DNA of 30,391 nucleotides from a virus: IMG/VR virus record IMGVR_UViG_3300032053_000003, positions 1 to 30,391 of that record; one strand, 5' to 3'. Shown piece by piece: positions 17,175 to 24,999 of this stretch (position 1 is its first letter; each line of letters starts with the position of its first letter). The notes under the pieces were generated by a model. It saw only the letters and a program-made list of their open reading frames with translations, ran no database searches and was not told where the DNA came from. The position numbers and the translations under genes were made by a program.

Positions 17175-17468
17175 ATGAGTAACTTCAAACTGGTTGTTGA
17201 TGAAGAGGGATTACCAGCACAAAAAATACCTAAGAAAGCAAGAGGTAAACCTCTGACTTTTAATGTGTTGGATGAGATGGATGAACCTGAGCCTGAGCAA
17301 ATTTTTACAGTAGAGGCTGATCTTTTTGATTATGGGCCAATCAATTTCAAGTCCATCAGTTCCTTGGTGTCCTACGTATCCCAGAAGGGCTTCTCTTGTC
17401 AGATCTATTTGGAGGGTAAGTTCTATGGGTTCTGGTCTCCTGAAGAAGGTGTGACAAAGGTAGGATGA
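17175..17468 (+). CDS. Hypothetical protein (97 aa)
   Basis: Its ATG follows the upstream stop by 3 nt. Its stop overlaps the next start (ATGA). Confidence 0.5.
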   Translation: MSNFKLVVDEEGLPAQKIPKKARGKPLTFNVLDEMDEPEPEQIFTVEADLFDYGPINFKSISSLVSYVSQKGFSCQIYLEGKFYGFWSPEEGVTKVG

Positions 17469-18268
17469 AGGTAGTATGTCAAAACTGGAAAGAGGACACA
17501 AGTATGGAACTTAAAGATTTGTTACAGAAAAAGGTAGTCAATAATAATAGGCTATATAAAATGCTTGTGGATGAGGTTGGATCAGGTCCTCTAGATGGAG
17601 CATGTGTAGTATTAGCTCTAGCTCTTAAAGAAGTAGTTGGTGGAGAGGTGTATGTCATAGAGTCCAGTACCAGGCATTCCAAAGTTTTTCAAGCACAGCA
17701 TGCTGTCCTTAAAGTTGGTAATTTGTATGCAGATGCTGATGGTTTGTTTAATGAGAAGGAACTTTTGAAGAAATGGATAGATGAAGAGGATTTAGTAGAA
17801 CCTTCTTTGAGAAGGTTTAAAGGTACTGATCTTAAAGAATCTCCCAGACCAAAGAAATTGGTTAATAAACTTGTAGCTTATTTTAAAGGTGATATACATA
17901 AGGAGGGTAACATGTCAAAGGCTCAGCTAGTTAAGGAATTGTTTGAGCAGCTTCATGATTTTGATCAGGCTCTTACTAGTTTTTTGCAGGACTCACAGAA
18001 GAAGGTTGATATTAGCCACAGAGGTAGTGAGGAAGCTAAGCTAGAGAAGTCAGAAGGTCCTAAATACATCAGGATAATCTATGCTATCTCTTCTGGTGGT
18101 AAGGTTATTAGTCGTAGTGCTTGGGCATTTGTGGATAAGGAGACAGGAGATGTGTACAAACCTGCAGGTTGGAAAACTCCTGCTAAGAAAACCCCAAGGG
18201 CAAATATATTTAAGCCCGATTCATGGATTACAGGTATAACTGCTTATGGACCTGTGTATTTAAGGTAG
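17465..18268 (+). CDS. Hypothetical protein (267 aa) containing an internal SD-ATG that would yield a 118-aa MSKAQLVKE-initiated product (17912-18268)
   Basis: In-frame ATG at 17912, preceded by AAGGAGGG with a 3-nt spacer. The internal product starts with the family N-terminal motif. Confidence 0.5.
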   Translation: MKVVCQNWKEDTSMELKDLLQKKVVNNNRLYKMLVDEVGSGPLDGACVVLALALKEVVGGEVYVIESSTRHSKVFQAQHAVLKVGNLYADADGLFNEKELLKKWIDEEDLVEPSLRRFKGTDLKESPRPKKLVNKLVAYFKGDIHKEGNMSKAQLVKELFEQLHDFDQALTSFLQDSQKKVDISHRGSEEAKLEKSEGPKYIRIIYAISSGGKVISRSAWAFVDKETGDVYKPAGWKTPAKKTPRANIFKPDSWITGITAYGPVYLR

Positions 18269-18275
18269 AGTAGGG

Positions 18276-18446
18276 ATGCTCAGAAAGAAGAGTTCTAACA
18301 AATGTAAAGGTAAAGGCAATGGAAGAGGGAGGGTTAAACTATGTGATAGGGATTGTTTTAATTGTTCTAAGAGGGACTCAATAACAAAACTTTACACTAA
18401 GGGCTACGGTAGAGAATACCTTAGAAATAAATTGGATTTAACGTAG
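18276..18446 (+). CDS. Small Cys-rich basic protein (56 aa), possible zinc ribbon; unannotated in the ORF track
   Basis: MLRKKSSNKCKGKGNGRGRVKLCDRDCFNCSKRD... with Cys at positions 10, 23, 27 and 30. Its TAG overlaps the GTG of the next gene (TAGTG). Confidence 0.3.
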   Translation: MLRKKSSNKCKGKGNGRGRVKLCDRDCFNCSKRDSITKLYTKGYGREYLRNKLDLT

Positions 18447-19090
18447 TGCAAACAGTAACAGTCATTATCAACAACAGAGACCTCCTTACTTGGCCTAAGG
18501 AGATGCTATCTTGCATAGTCAAGTATGAAGGTCTTTGCAATATCATCATTGTTGATAATGATTCAACATACCCTCCGCTGTTAGAATGGTATTCCTGGGG
18601 TCCATGTAAAGTTGTTAGGTTGGGAGAGAACCGTGGTCACACAAGTCCGTTTAGGGAAGATATTATCTCTCAGGTATCTACAGATTTATTTGTAGTAACA
18701 GATCCAGATCTTGGATTGCTTGATGTGCCCACTGATGTTCTTCTTAAGATGGCAGACTACATGTCAAAGTATCCAGTTAATAAGATCGGTTTGTCTCTTA
18801 ATTATAAGGTAGTTCCCAAAGAAAGTGTTTACTATAACCATGTTAATAGTCATGAGAAGGGATGTTGGGAGGGTCCTAGAACATATCCAGGGCTTATTGA
18901 TGCAGCAGTGGATACAACATTTGCAATATACTCTAAGAGTAGATCTGCTTATGCAGTGAATGGTTATCGTATGGATTTTCCTTATACTGCAAGACATTAC
19001 CCATGGGAAATAGTAGAGCCTAATGAAGAGTTTATTTATTACCTTGATCATGCAAATTCATCATGTACCTATTTAAACTTTAGGAGATGA
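18446..19090 (+). CDS. Glycosyltransferase, GT2-like (GT-A fold)
   Basis: VTVIINNRD...CNIIIVDNDSTYP (hhhVDDxS-like) and FVVTDPDLG (DxD-like). GTG start. Confidence 0.45.
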   Translation: MQTVTVIINNRDLLTWPKEMLSCIVKYEGLCNIIIVDNDSTYPPLLEWYSWGPCKVVRLGENRGHTSPFREDIISQVSTDLFVVTDPDLGLLDVPTDVLLKMADYMSKYPVNKIGLSLNYKVVPKESVYYNHVNSHEKGCWEGPRTYPGLIDAAVDTTFAIYSKSRSAYAVNGYRMDFPYTARHYPWEIVEPNEEFIYYLDHANSSCTYLNFRR

Positions 19091-19091
19091 C

Positions 19092-19784
19092 ATGAGAGTA
19101 GCAATAGTGACTGCAACGTACAATAAGCTGGGGTGTCTTGCAAATACGATAAGCTCAATAACCTGGCAAGAGACTAATCATGATATTGAGCTATGTATAG
19201 TTGATGATTGTTCAGATATAGATCCTTTCTACTGCATCTCCAAGCACTGTGGATCTATTCCTTTAAGGTACAAGAGGCTTTCACAGAATGTTGGAGATAG
19301 AAAGTCTCAGACATATGCACCAGATTTATTCTCACCAGGTATCCAAGCTGTTATCCTTCAGTCTTGTGATACTGTTTATGGTACTCCTGATCTGATCCAA
19401 GATCTAGTGGATAACCTGGAGCCAGGTGTGGCTACTATGCCTGAGGTAAGGAATCTTCCTGTTCAGGAGGATCTGCATCTTCATCCTGAGTTGCTTTCAT
19501 ACTATCTCAGTGATGAGAGGCTTGTTGGGTACCCTGAGAGGGGTCATCCTGTATTTTACTCAGGACCTCGTCAACCCGATCCTGAGAACAGATGGTACTT
19601 CTTTTTGGGGGCTATTCTCCTTGAGGATCTTAATAAAACTTGTTTCAGGGAGAATAATTGGGATGTGGCTATTCATGATTCGATGAAGGTTGCTGGGCTG
19701 ACAGTTAAGTATATTTCGGGTATAGGTATCCATCAAAAGCATGTAGACCTTAAGAGGAATGAATTTGGTCAGGTGGTGAGGTGA
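19092..19784 (+). CDS. Glycosyltransferase family 2
   Basis: MRVAIVTATYNKLGCLANTISSITWQ...IELCIVDDCSD is the canonical GT2 N-terminal signature. Confidence 0.65.
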   Translation: MRVAIVTATYNKLGCLANTISSITWQETNHDIELCIVDDCSDIDPFYCISKHCGSIPLRYKRLSQNVGDRKSQTYAPDLFSPGIQAVILQSCDTVYGTPDLIQDLVDNLEPGVATMPEVRNLPVQEDLHLHPELLSYYLSDERLVGYPERGHPVFYSGPRQPDPENRWYFFLGAILLEDLNKTCFRENNWDVAIHDSMKVAGLTVKYISGIGIHQKHVDLKRNEFGQVVR

Positions 19785-20299
19785 TGGAGTTAACTAATTT
19801 TCTGGGTAAAGGTATAGCACAGACAAAGGAAGCCATACCTCTTTGGGAGTCTCTTGTAAGTAGTCATAGACCTGCACGTATTATTGAGCTGGGAACAGGT
19901 GGTGGTATGTTCAGCTGCTATTTGAAATTACTGTGCATACAGTTTGATGCCGAGTTCCATACTTTTGATAATCATCCTTTGACAGAGACATCAGTAAGTC
20001 ATCTATTGGATCTACGCAGTTCATTTGAGATGCTGGACATATTTGTAAATGAGGAAAAGATAGCTGGCCTGATCAAGAGAGATGGGCTGACTATCATGTT
20101 TTGTGATGATGGGGACAAGATTCGTGAGTTTAATATGTTCACGAAATACCTGAAAACAGGTGATATTATCTCAGCTCATGATTGGGGTGTTGAGATAAGT
20201 AATCAAGATGTTGTTGAGTCTCTTATTGATCTAAGTTATTTGCCATTAAATGAGTTTTTGGAAGTGGCTGCTTATACAAAGTTTTTTATTAAATTATGA
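19781..20299 (+). CDS. Class I SAM-dependent methyltransferase (sugar O-methyltransferase-like)
   Basis: Motif I IIELGTGGGMF. Acidic beta2 end (HTFDNHP). IMFCDDGD post-I motif. Start overlaps the upstream stop (GTGATGG). Confidence 0.5.
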   Translation: MMELTNFLGKGIAQTKEAIPLWESLVSSHRPARIIELGTGGGMFSCYLKLLCIQFDAEFHTFDNHPLTETSVSHLLDLRSSFEMLDIFVNEEKIAGLIKRDGLTIMFCDDGDKIREFNMFTKYLKTGDIISAHDWGVEISNQDVVESLIDLSYLPLNEFLEVAAYTKFFIKL

Positions 20300-20970
20300 G
20301 AAAGATTGCAATTATTAATCGCTATAAGGGATCAGTGGATTGGACTAATAAATTGAACTTTGAGTACATCATTTATAACAAGCTCGATCCTCTGATATCC
20401 AGTCAATATTATAAGACAGATCAAGAGAACACTCAGGAGTATTATAAGAGGTTGTTTAGTGTTCCTGGCTTTTTGGAGATAATGAGACCTAAAAGTCCTG
20501 ATCTTAATTTGGTTACCAATGTGGGTCATGATGCTTCCACCTTTTTCTACCACATTGTTAATAACTTTGAAGATCTGGCTGATATCAATATTTTCTTACA
20601 TGAGAACCCTTTTCATCATTACCACAATGGTGATTTTATACAGATGCTGAATGGCCTTAATGAGATACCTGATTATATGGACTGGGGACAGATAATGCTT
20701 TCTGATAGAGATGGAGGACCCACAGATAGGTGTCCTGTTGGTGATGTGTTCCATCATTTGTTTCCAGACCAAGAAGTTCCAGACTCTTATACCTTTGTGT
20801 CAGGCTCATTGTTTGCCCTCTCTAAAGCTTCTATTCATAGGTTGGGGATCAAGTTCTTTAAAACCTGCATAAAGGTAACAGAGACAGAACCACTGGCACC
20901 TTGGGCATTTGAGAGGCTCTATTTTAGAATTTTCACTGAAACGAAGCCTAATGCTGGGCTCGTAATATAG
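20296..20970 (+). CDS. Hypothetical protein (224 aa) within the glycan cassette
   Basis: ATGA overlap with the upstream gene. No confident motif. Confidence 0.5.
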   Translation: MRKIAIINRYKGSVDWTNKLNFEYIIYNKLDPLISSQYYKTDQENTQEYYKRLFSVPGFLEIMRPKSPDLNLVTNVGHDASTFFYHIVNNFEDLADINIFLHENPFHHYHNGDFIQMLNGLNEIPDYMDWGQIMLSDRDGGPTDRCPVGDVFHHLFPDQEVPDSYTFVSGSLFALSKASIHRLGIKFFKTCIKVTETEPLAPWAFERLYFRIFTETKPNAGLVI

Positions 20971-20988
20971 TACCTTAAGGAGGGCTCT

Positions 20989-21651
20989 ATGAGAAGATTT
21001 ATGATTCTCGTTCTATTGTTTATGGTTATGGTACCAGGTCTGGTTTTTGGACTTGGAATTCATGTAAATTGGAGTGCTAACACTGAAACAGATCTTGCTG
21101 GGTATAAGGTGTACTATGGAACGGTGGCTGGTTCATATGGGGCTCCTATCGATGTTGGCAAGGTTACCTCTCATGACATTGGTAATCTCTTGGACAGTAT
21201 TACATATTATGTAGCTATTAGTGCCTATGATACATCTGGAAACGAATCTGCAAAGTCTGCTGAGGCATCTATTCTTATGCCTGACAGAACTCCTCCAGCT
21301 GCTCCTGGCACACCTATAATTGTCTCTGGTGTGAAGTCTTTAGCAGTTTCTTGGACCACTGTAGCCACTGCTGCAACTTATAAGCTGTATTATGGTACAG
21401 TAGCAGGTGTATATGGTACTCCAGTCATAGTGACAGGTACTTCTTATACACTTTCAAATCTCTTGGATAACACTACATACTATATATCCATTAGTGCTGT
21501 GGATGCTTCAGGTAACGAGTCTACAAAATCTGTAGAAATCAGTAGTAAGACAAAGGATACCACTCCTCCAACTGCTCCAGGCAAACCTACTCTCACTATT
21601 TGGGAGCAGATAGCAGCTTTTTTTAAGAGACTGTTTGGTAGTTTGGCTTAA
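20989..21651 (+). CDS. Exported or membrane-anchored protein with N-terminal signal/TM segment and two tandem fibronectin type III-like domains
   Basis: MRRFMILVLLFMVMVPGLVFG hydrophobic leader. Two repeats of about 105 aa (LAGYKVYYGTVAGSYG...YYVAISAYDTSGNES / YKLYYGTVAGVYG...YYISISAVDASGNES), each followed by a TPP(A/T)APG linker. Confidence 0.6.
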   Translation: MRRFMILVLLFMVMVPGLVFGLGIHVNWSANTETDLAGYKVYYGTVAGSYGAPIDVGKVTSHDIGNLLDSITYYVAISAYDTSGNESAKSAEASILMPDRTPPAAPGTPIIVSGVKSLAVSWTTVATAATYKLYYGTVAGVYGTPVIVTGTSYTLSNLLDNTTYYISISAVDASGNESTKSVEISSKTKDTTPPTAPGKPTLTIWEQIAAFFKRLFGSLA

Positions 21652-21676
21652 GATTATTTAGCAAAGGACATTCTGC

Positions 21677-21714
21677 AGATTAGGGGGTATGATAGTACCC
21701 CCTAATCTTTTTAT
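21677..21714 (+). terminator. Strong rho-independent terminator
   Basis: AGATTAGGGGGTA-tgatag-TACCCCCTAATCT (13-bp perfect GC-rich stem), immediately followed by TTTTTAT, 26 nt after the cassette's last stop. Confidence 0.8.
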
Positions 21715-21724
21715 GAGGTGATAT

Positions 21725-21916
21725 ATGGAGAGTTCTAAAGAAGATCACAGAACTACTAAATCACTCCAAGGTAATATTTCTTATAGTTCGGTGTTGGAAA
21801 GACTTATTTTTCTTTCTGATTCTGGTGACATTATTATTGTTAATATTGATAAAGAGCATCTTGACGAAATTGTGCATGGGGAGTCTTTACCTGTTTGTGT
21901 AGATATTCGATACTAA
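21725..21916 (+). CDS. Small hypothetical protein (63 aa)
   Basis: ORF after the terminator. RBS GAGGTG. Confidence 0.35.
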   Translation: MESSKEDHRTTKSLQGNISYSSVLERLIFLSDSGDIIIVNIDKEHLDEIVHGESLPVCVDIRY

Positions 21917-22185
21917 ACCATCTCTCTTAGAGTGGAGGTACCATGTCTATTAGAGTCCTGCTATCTCGTAGAGAAATCCTTATAGTTCTTCGGTCACAAG
22001 GTCTTCATGGGATTCATCTTAGGAAGTGTTGTAGGGATTATGAGCAGTATCAGCTTAGTATGTGCTAGATCTTAAAACTCCTTATAATACTATAGTAATT
22101 TCATTATGCCCTTGACATATAGTCTTGGTCGAGTTTACAGTGATTTCTTAACTGTTGCTAAATCCCAAGATAAGGAGCTGGGCAA

Positions 22186-22728
22186 ATGAGACCACTTAAT
22201 TTCATTTCTTCGGAAGCCAATGTAGCAAGAAAGAATGCAATGACCAATGTTCTTCTTAGCATGCAGCCAGGTAGTATTATGCTGTATGAAGAGCTTACTG
22301 AGAAGGTTGGTTTTGATGTAAGAGAGTTCAGCTCTCTTCTGTCCAGTGTCAAGACCAAGATTACTAAAGAGTACCAAATAGTGTTTGGTACTCTGAGGGG
22401 TGAGGGTATTATTAGGCTTACCTCCAAGGGTATCCTTCTTCATGCGGAGAGCAAAGAGGCCAGTCTTCGTAAAGGTTCTCAGAGAGCTATTCAGGCTATC
22501 ATTTGTATAAACCGTAATGAGCTGATTCCTGAGGATCAGACCAAGTTTGATCTGATGGTTGAGAGAGTGGGCTTTGTTTATGCTGTGATGAAGGATGATA
22601 CTGCTGCTCACAGACTGGCTCCATTTGTACATTACCCGAAAAATGGTCCTGACATAGGTGCTGATCTCAGAGCTATCTTTGGATCTCAGAGAAGGAAGCT
22701 GCATGTAGTGCCTAAAACTGCTGCTTGA
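22186..22728 (+). CDS. Hypothetical protein (180 aa), first gene after a 269-nt intergenic region
   Basis: SD AAGGAG upstream. Ordinary protein-like composition. The overlapping minus-strand ORF (22135-22764) is S/L-rich, as antisense frames usually are. Confidence 0.6.
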   Translation: MRPLNFISSEANVARKNAMTNVLLSMQPGSIMLYEELTEKVGFDVREFSSLLSSVKTKITKEYQIVFGTLRGEGIIRLTSKGILLHAESKEASLRKGSQRAIQAIICINRNELIPEDQTKFDLMVERVGFVYAVMKDDTAAHRLAPFVHYPKNGPDIGADLRAIFGSQRRKLHVVPKTAA

Positions 22729-22756
22729 TATGGGTATACTGCTTGATATGGGTATA
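22721..22756 (+). repeat. Perfect 18-bp tandem direct repeat (CTGCTTGATATGGGTATA x2) spanning the 22186 stop and 22730 start
   Basis: Direct reading of the sequence. Each copy contains TGA and ATGGGTATA, duplicating the stop/start junction. Confidence 0.9.
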
Positions 22757-23098
22757 GCAGACAACCTGGAAGAAACCAGGGATATTTATTCTGTTGAATT
22801 CTTTGTAGGTCTATTAGATCAGGGCACAATAGAGAGTGCTTCCTGTTATGCTCAGATGATTGTTGCCAAGACTAAAGGAGTTCCTATATTTTATGTAGTA
22901 CCAAGAGGTATTACTATCCCTAAAGAATACACAGAAGGTGTTAAATATCTGCAAATTAAAGTTATAGATCAATATTACTTGGACTTTCCTAATCTTCAAG
23001 ATCCAGTAGCAATAGCTCTGTCTGATATAAATGCTTTTATAGAGGAGATGAAAGCAGAAGGAGTATTCAGTGAATATAGACGTAACAGACCAGGTTGA
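22730..23098 (+). CDS. Hypothetical protein (122 aa; alternative start at 22748 inside the second repeat copy)
   Basis: MGILLDMGIADN... Two in-frame ATGs created by the duplication. Confidence 0.5.
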   Translation: MGILLDMGIADNLEETRDIYSVEFFVGLLDQGTIESASCYAQMIVAKTKGVPIFYVVPRGITIPKEYTEGVKYLQIKVIDQYYLDFPNLQDPVAIALSDINAFIEEMKAEGVFSEYRRNRPG

Positions 23099-23480
23099 TA
23101 CTGGTCCTGTTGATGATGAGTGCATGTCCTTGTGTAAATGTGTTTGTGGGGCTAAGTTTGAATACTGGACGATGATCATAAGTATATATGAAAACGACCC
23201 CACTGAGTGCCCTCATTGTAAACGGAAATTGTTCTTCAGCCATTCTGTGAGAGTTTATCAGGTGATATCTCCAACAGATCCAACAAATGATATTGTTCGT
23301 CAGTTCTGGAGTTTATCAGCCAGTCAACGTAGAAAGATTTGTGGAGATCTTGGTATTCTTCCTAAGGATGAGAGTCTGTCAGAGACACAGAGGTACGAGT
23401 GGGCTTTTTTGAAAGCCAAAGATGCCGATAAGGTAGATCAGCTGATAGAAGAAATCAGGAAGGCTGCAGGTACAGTATGA
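23070..23480 (+). CDS. Zinc-ribbon protein (136 aa)
   Basis: GTG start with GAAGGAG upstream. CKCVCG...ECPHCKRK C4 zinc ribbon. Confidence 0.5.
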   Translation: MNIDVTDQVDTGPVDDECMSLCKCVCGAKFEYWTMIISIYENDPTECPHCKRKLFFSHSVRVYQVISPTDPTNDIVRQFWSLSASQRRKICGDLGILPKDESLSETQRYEWAFLKAKDADKVDQLIEEIRKAAGTV

Positions 23481-23773
23481 CATTTGAAGATGCAGAGCAG
23501 AAGCTCAGTGAAATTGCCAGGGGTAGATTCTATTCACTGGCACAAGAAATGAGTTCTTACACCAGTGGTAGGGTAGAGATATTCTACAAACTCTTTGTGG
23601 ACATACCTACATTACTTGTTATGTCAAAAGGTGTTAGTCACAGTTCTTGGGAAGAGGCTTTTGAGAATCTTGCCAAAGATATAGAAGTGGATGTGTGCTT
23701 GCAGGAAGAGCAGCAACAGGTAGACGATACATTGAAGAAGATTGGATGTGTCATGTCTGCTACTTTAGATTAG
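23477..23773 (+). CDS. Hypothetical protein (98 aa)
   Basis: ATGA overlap with the upstream gene. Confidence 0.5.
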   Translation: MTFEDAEQKLSEIARGRFYSLAQEMSSYTSGRVEIFYKLFVDIPTLLVMSKGVSHSSWEEAFENLAKDIEVDVCLQEEQQQVDDTLKKIGCVMSATLD

Positions 23774-23781
23774 AGGGATAA

Positions 23782-24642
23782 ATGAAAGATATTTACACAA
23801 AAGAGTGGATTATAAATGAATCTGTAGGTATAACTAGTCAATATGAAAAAGGTATCTTGACATTACGCTCTCTACATTATCAATTAGTGAGTCATGGCAT
23901 GATTAATGATATTCAGCATTATAAGCGTGTTGTAAATGCAATGATTTCTGCTAGGTGGGAAGGTATTATATCTTTTGATACTTTTTCTGATCTTGATCGT
24001 ACAATGGTTGGAGAGACAAAGTGTGAGGAGACAATAATTGAAGATCAAGTGCTGACAGCTAAAAGTCAGATTAAAGCTTGGATGACATCTTTTCATAAGA
24101 ATCGCTGGGAAAACCAGATGTATTATCCTGAGGTTTTTATTGAAAAGAAAGCATTACAGGGAGTCTTTCAAAATTTATGTAGAGATTGGGATGTTACTCT
24201 TGGTGCTTGTAAAGGTTATCCATCACTTACTTTTCTTTATGAAGCTTATCTAAGACTTAAACATGTGGATAAAATTCCCATTATAATCTATTTTGGTGAT
24301 TATGATCCTTCTGGTGAGGATATTCCTAGAAGTATTGAAGAGAATCTTAGGAAATTTGGTATAGAAGTGGAAGTAAGACGTATAGCACTTATGAAGGATC
24401 AAGTAATAGAGTGGAATCTCCCTCCAGCTCCAGTAAAGAGTTCTGATACACGAACAGCAAAATGGAATGGTTTAGGGCAGGTTGAGTTAGATGCTGTTAG
24501 ACCAGAAAAACTTATGGAGTTACTGGGTGGTGCTATTGAGGATATTTTTAATCCTGATTATTATGAAGAACTTTTAAAACAAGAGGACCATGAACGTATT
24601 ATTTATCAGGGAGATCTTAAAGAATTTGTGAAGAGCTTATGA
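23782..24642 (+). CDS. Compact Spo11/topoisomerase VI-A-like protein (5Y-CAP + Toprim; 'mini-A'-like)
   Basis: TLRSLHY (T-x-R-x3-Y, the catalytic Tyr context of Spo11/Top6A). FIEKKAL (Toprim (V/I)EK(D/E)A). GACKGYPSLTFL (KGYPD box). IIIYFGDYDPSGEDI (DxDPxG metal site). GQVELDAV (C-terminal ELEAL box). The order and spacing match TopoVI-A. Confidence 0.65.
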   Translation: MKDIYTKEWIINESVGITSQYEKGILTLRSLHYQLVSHGMINDIQHYKRVVNAMISARWEGIISFDTFSDLDRTMVGETKCEETIIEDQVLTAKSQIKAWMTSFHKNRWENQMYYPEVFIEKKALQGVFQNLCRDWDVTLGACKGYPSLTFLYEAYLRLKHVDKIPIIIYFGDYDPSGEDIPRSIEENLRKFGIEVEVRRIALMKDQVIEWNLPPAPVKSSDTRTAKWNGLGQVELDAVRPEKLMELLGGAIEDIFNPDYYEELLKQEDHERIIYQGDLKEFVKSL

Positions 24643-24657
24643 TAAAAATATTAGTAG

Positions 24658-24999
24658 ATGGGGAGGAGAAGGAACGCACCTAGATATATAAGATCAGTTA
24701 AAAATTTAACTTCTGTACAGTCTTCTTATTTTGCTGGAATAGTTGATGGAGAAGGCACTATAACTGTTGCAAAATCTACAAGATCAATTGGAGATTTAAC
24801 TCCTCTACTAGCTGTCGTTAATACTAACAAGGAATTGATTGATTGGTTAGTTGATAATATTGGAGGGAATGTTTCAATAAAGAAGCCAGAAAAGAAGCAC
24901 TATAAGGTAGGATACAGGTGGTATATTTATTCAGTACTGGATATAAAGATAAAAAGGTTTAATAAGGCACGTCTGAGGAAAGCAAAGGATAGTCTGTAG
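24658..24999 (+). CDS. Free-standing LAGLIDADG homing endonuclease (single-motif, homodimer type)
   Basis: SYFAGIVDGEGTITV is a canonical LAGLIDADG motif, near the N-terminus of a basic protein of about 113 aa. Its stop overlaps the next GTG start. Confidence 0.6.
   Translation: MGRRRNAPRYIRSVKNLTSVQSSYFAGIVDGEGTITVAKSTRSIGDLTPLLAVVNTNKELIDWLVDNIGGNVSIKKPEKKHYKVGYRWYIYSVLDIKIKRFNKARLRKAKDSL

Noticed and set aside
22135-22764. 209-aa minus-strand ORF fully overlapping the 22186-22728 + strand gene. Likewise 4971-5663 (-), 1091-1480 (-), 1655-2146 (-), 7227-7643 (-) and 7900-8355 (-).
   Set aside because: Ser/Leu-rich, low-complexity translations typical of antisense frames of real genes. The sense-strand ORFs have SD sites, normal composition and recognisable domains.
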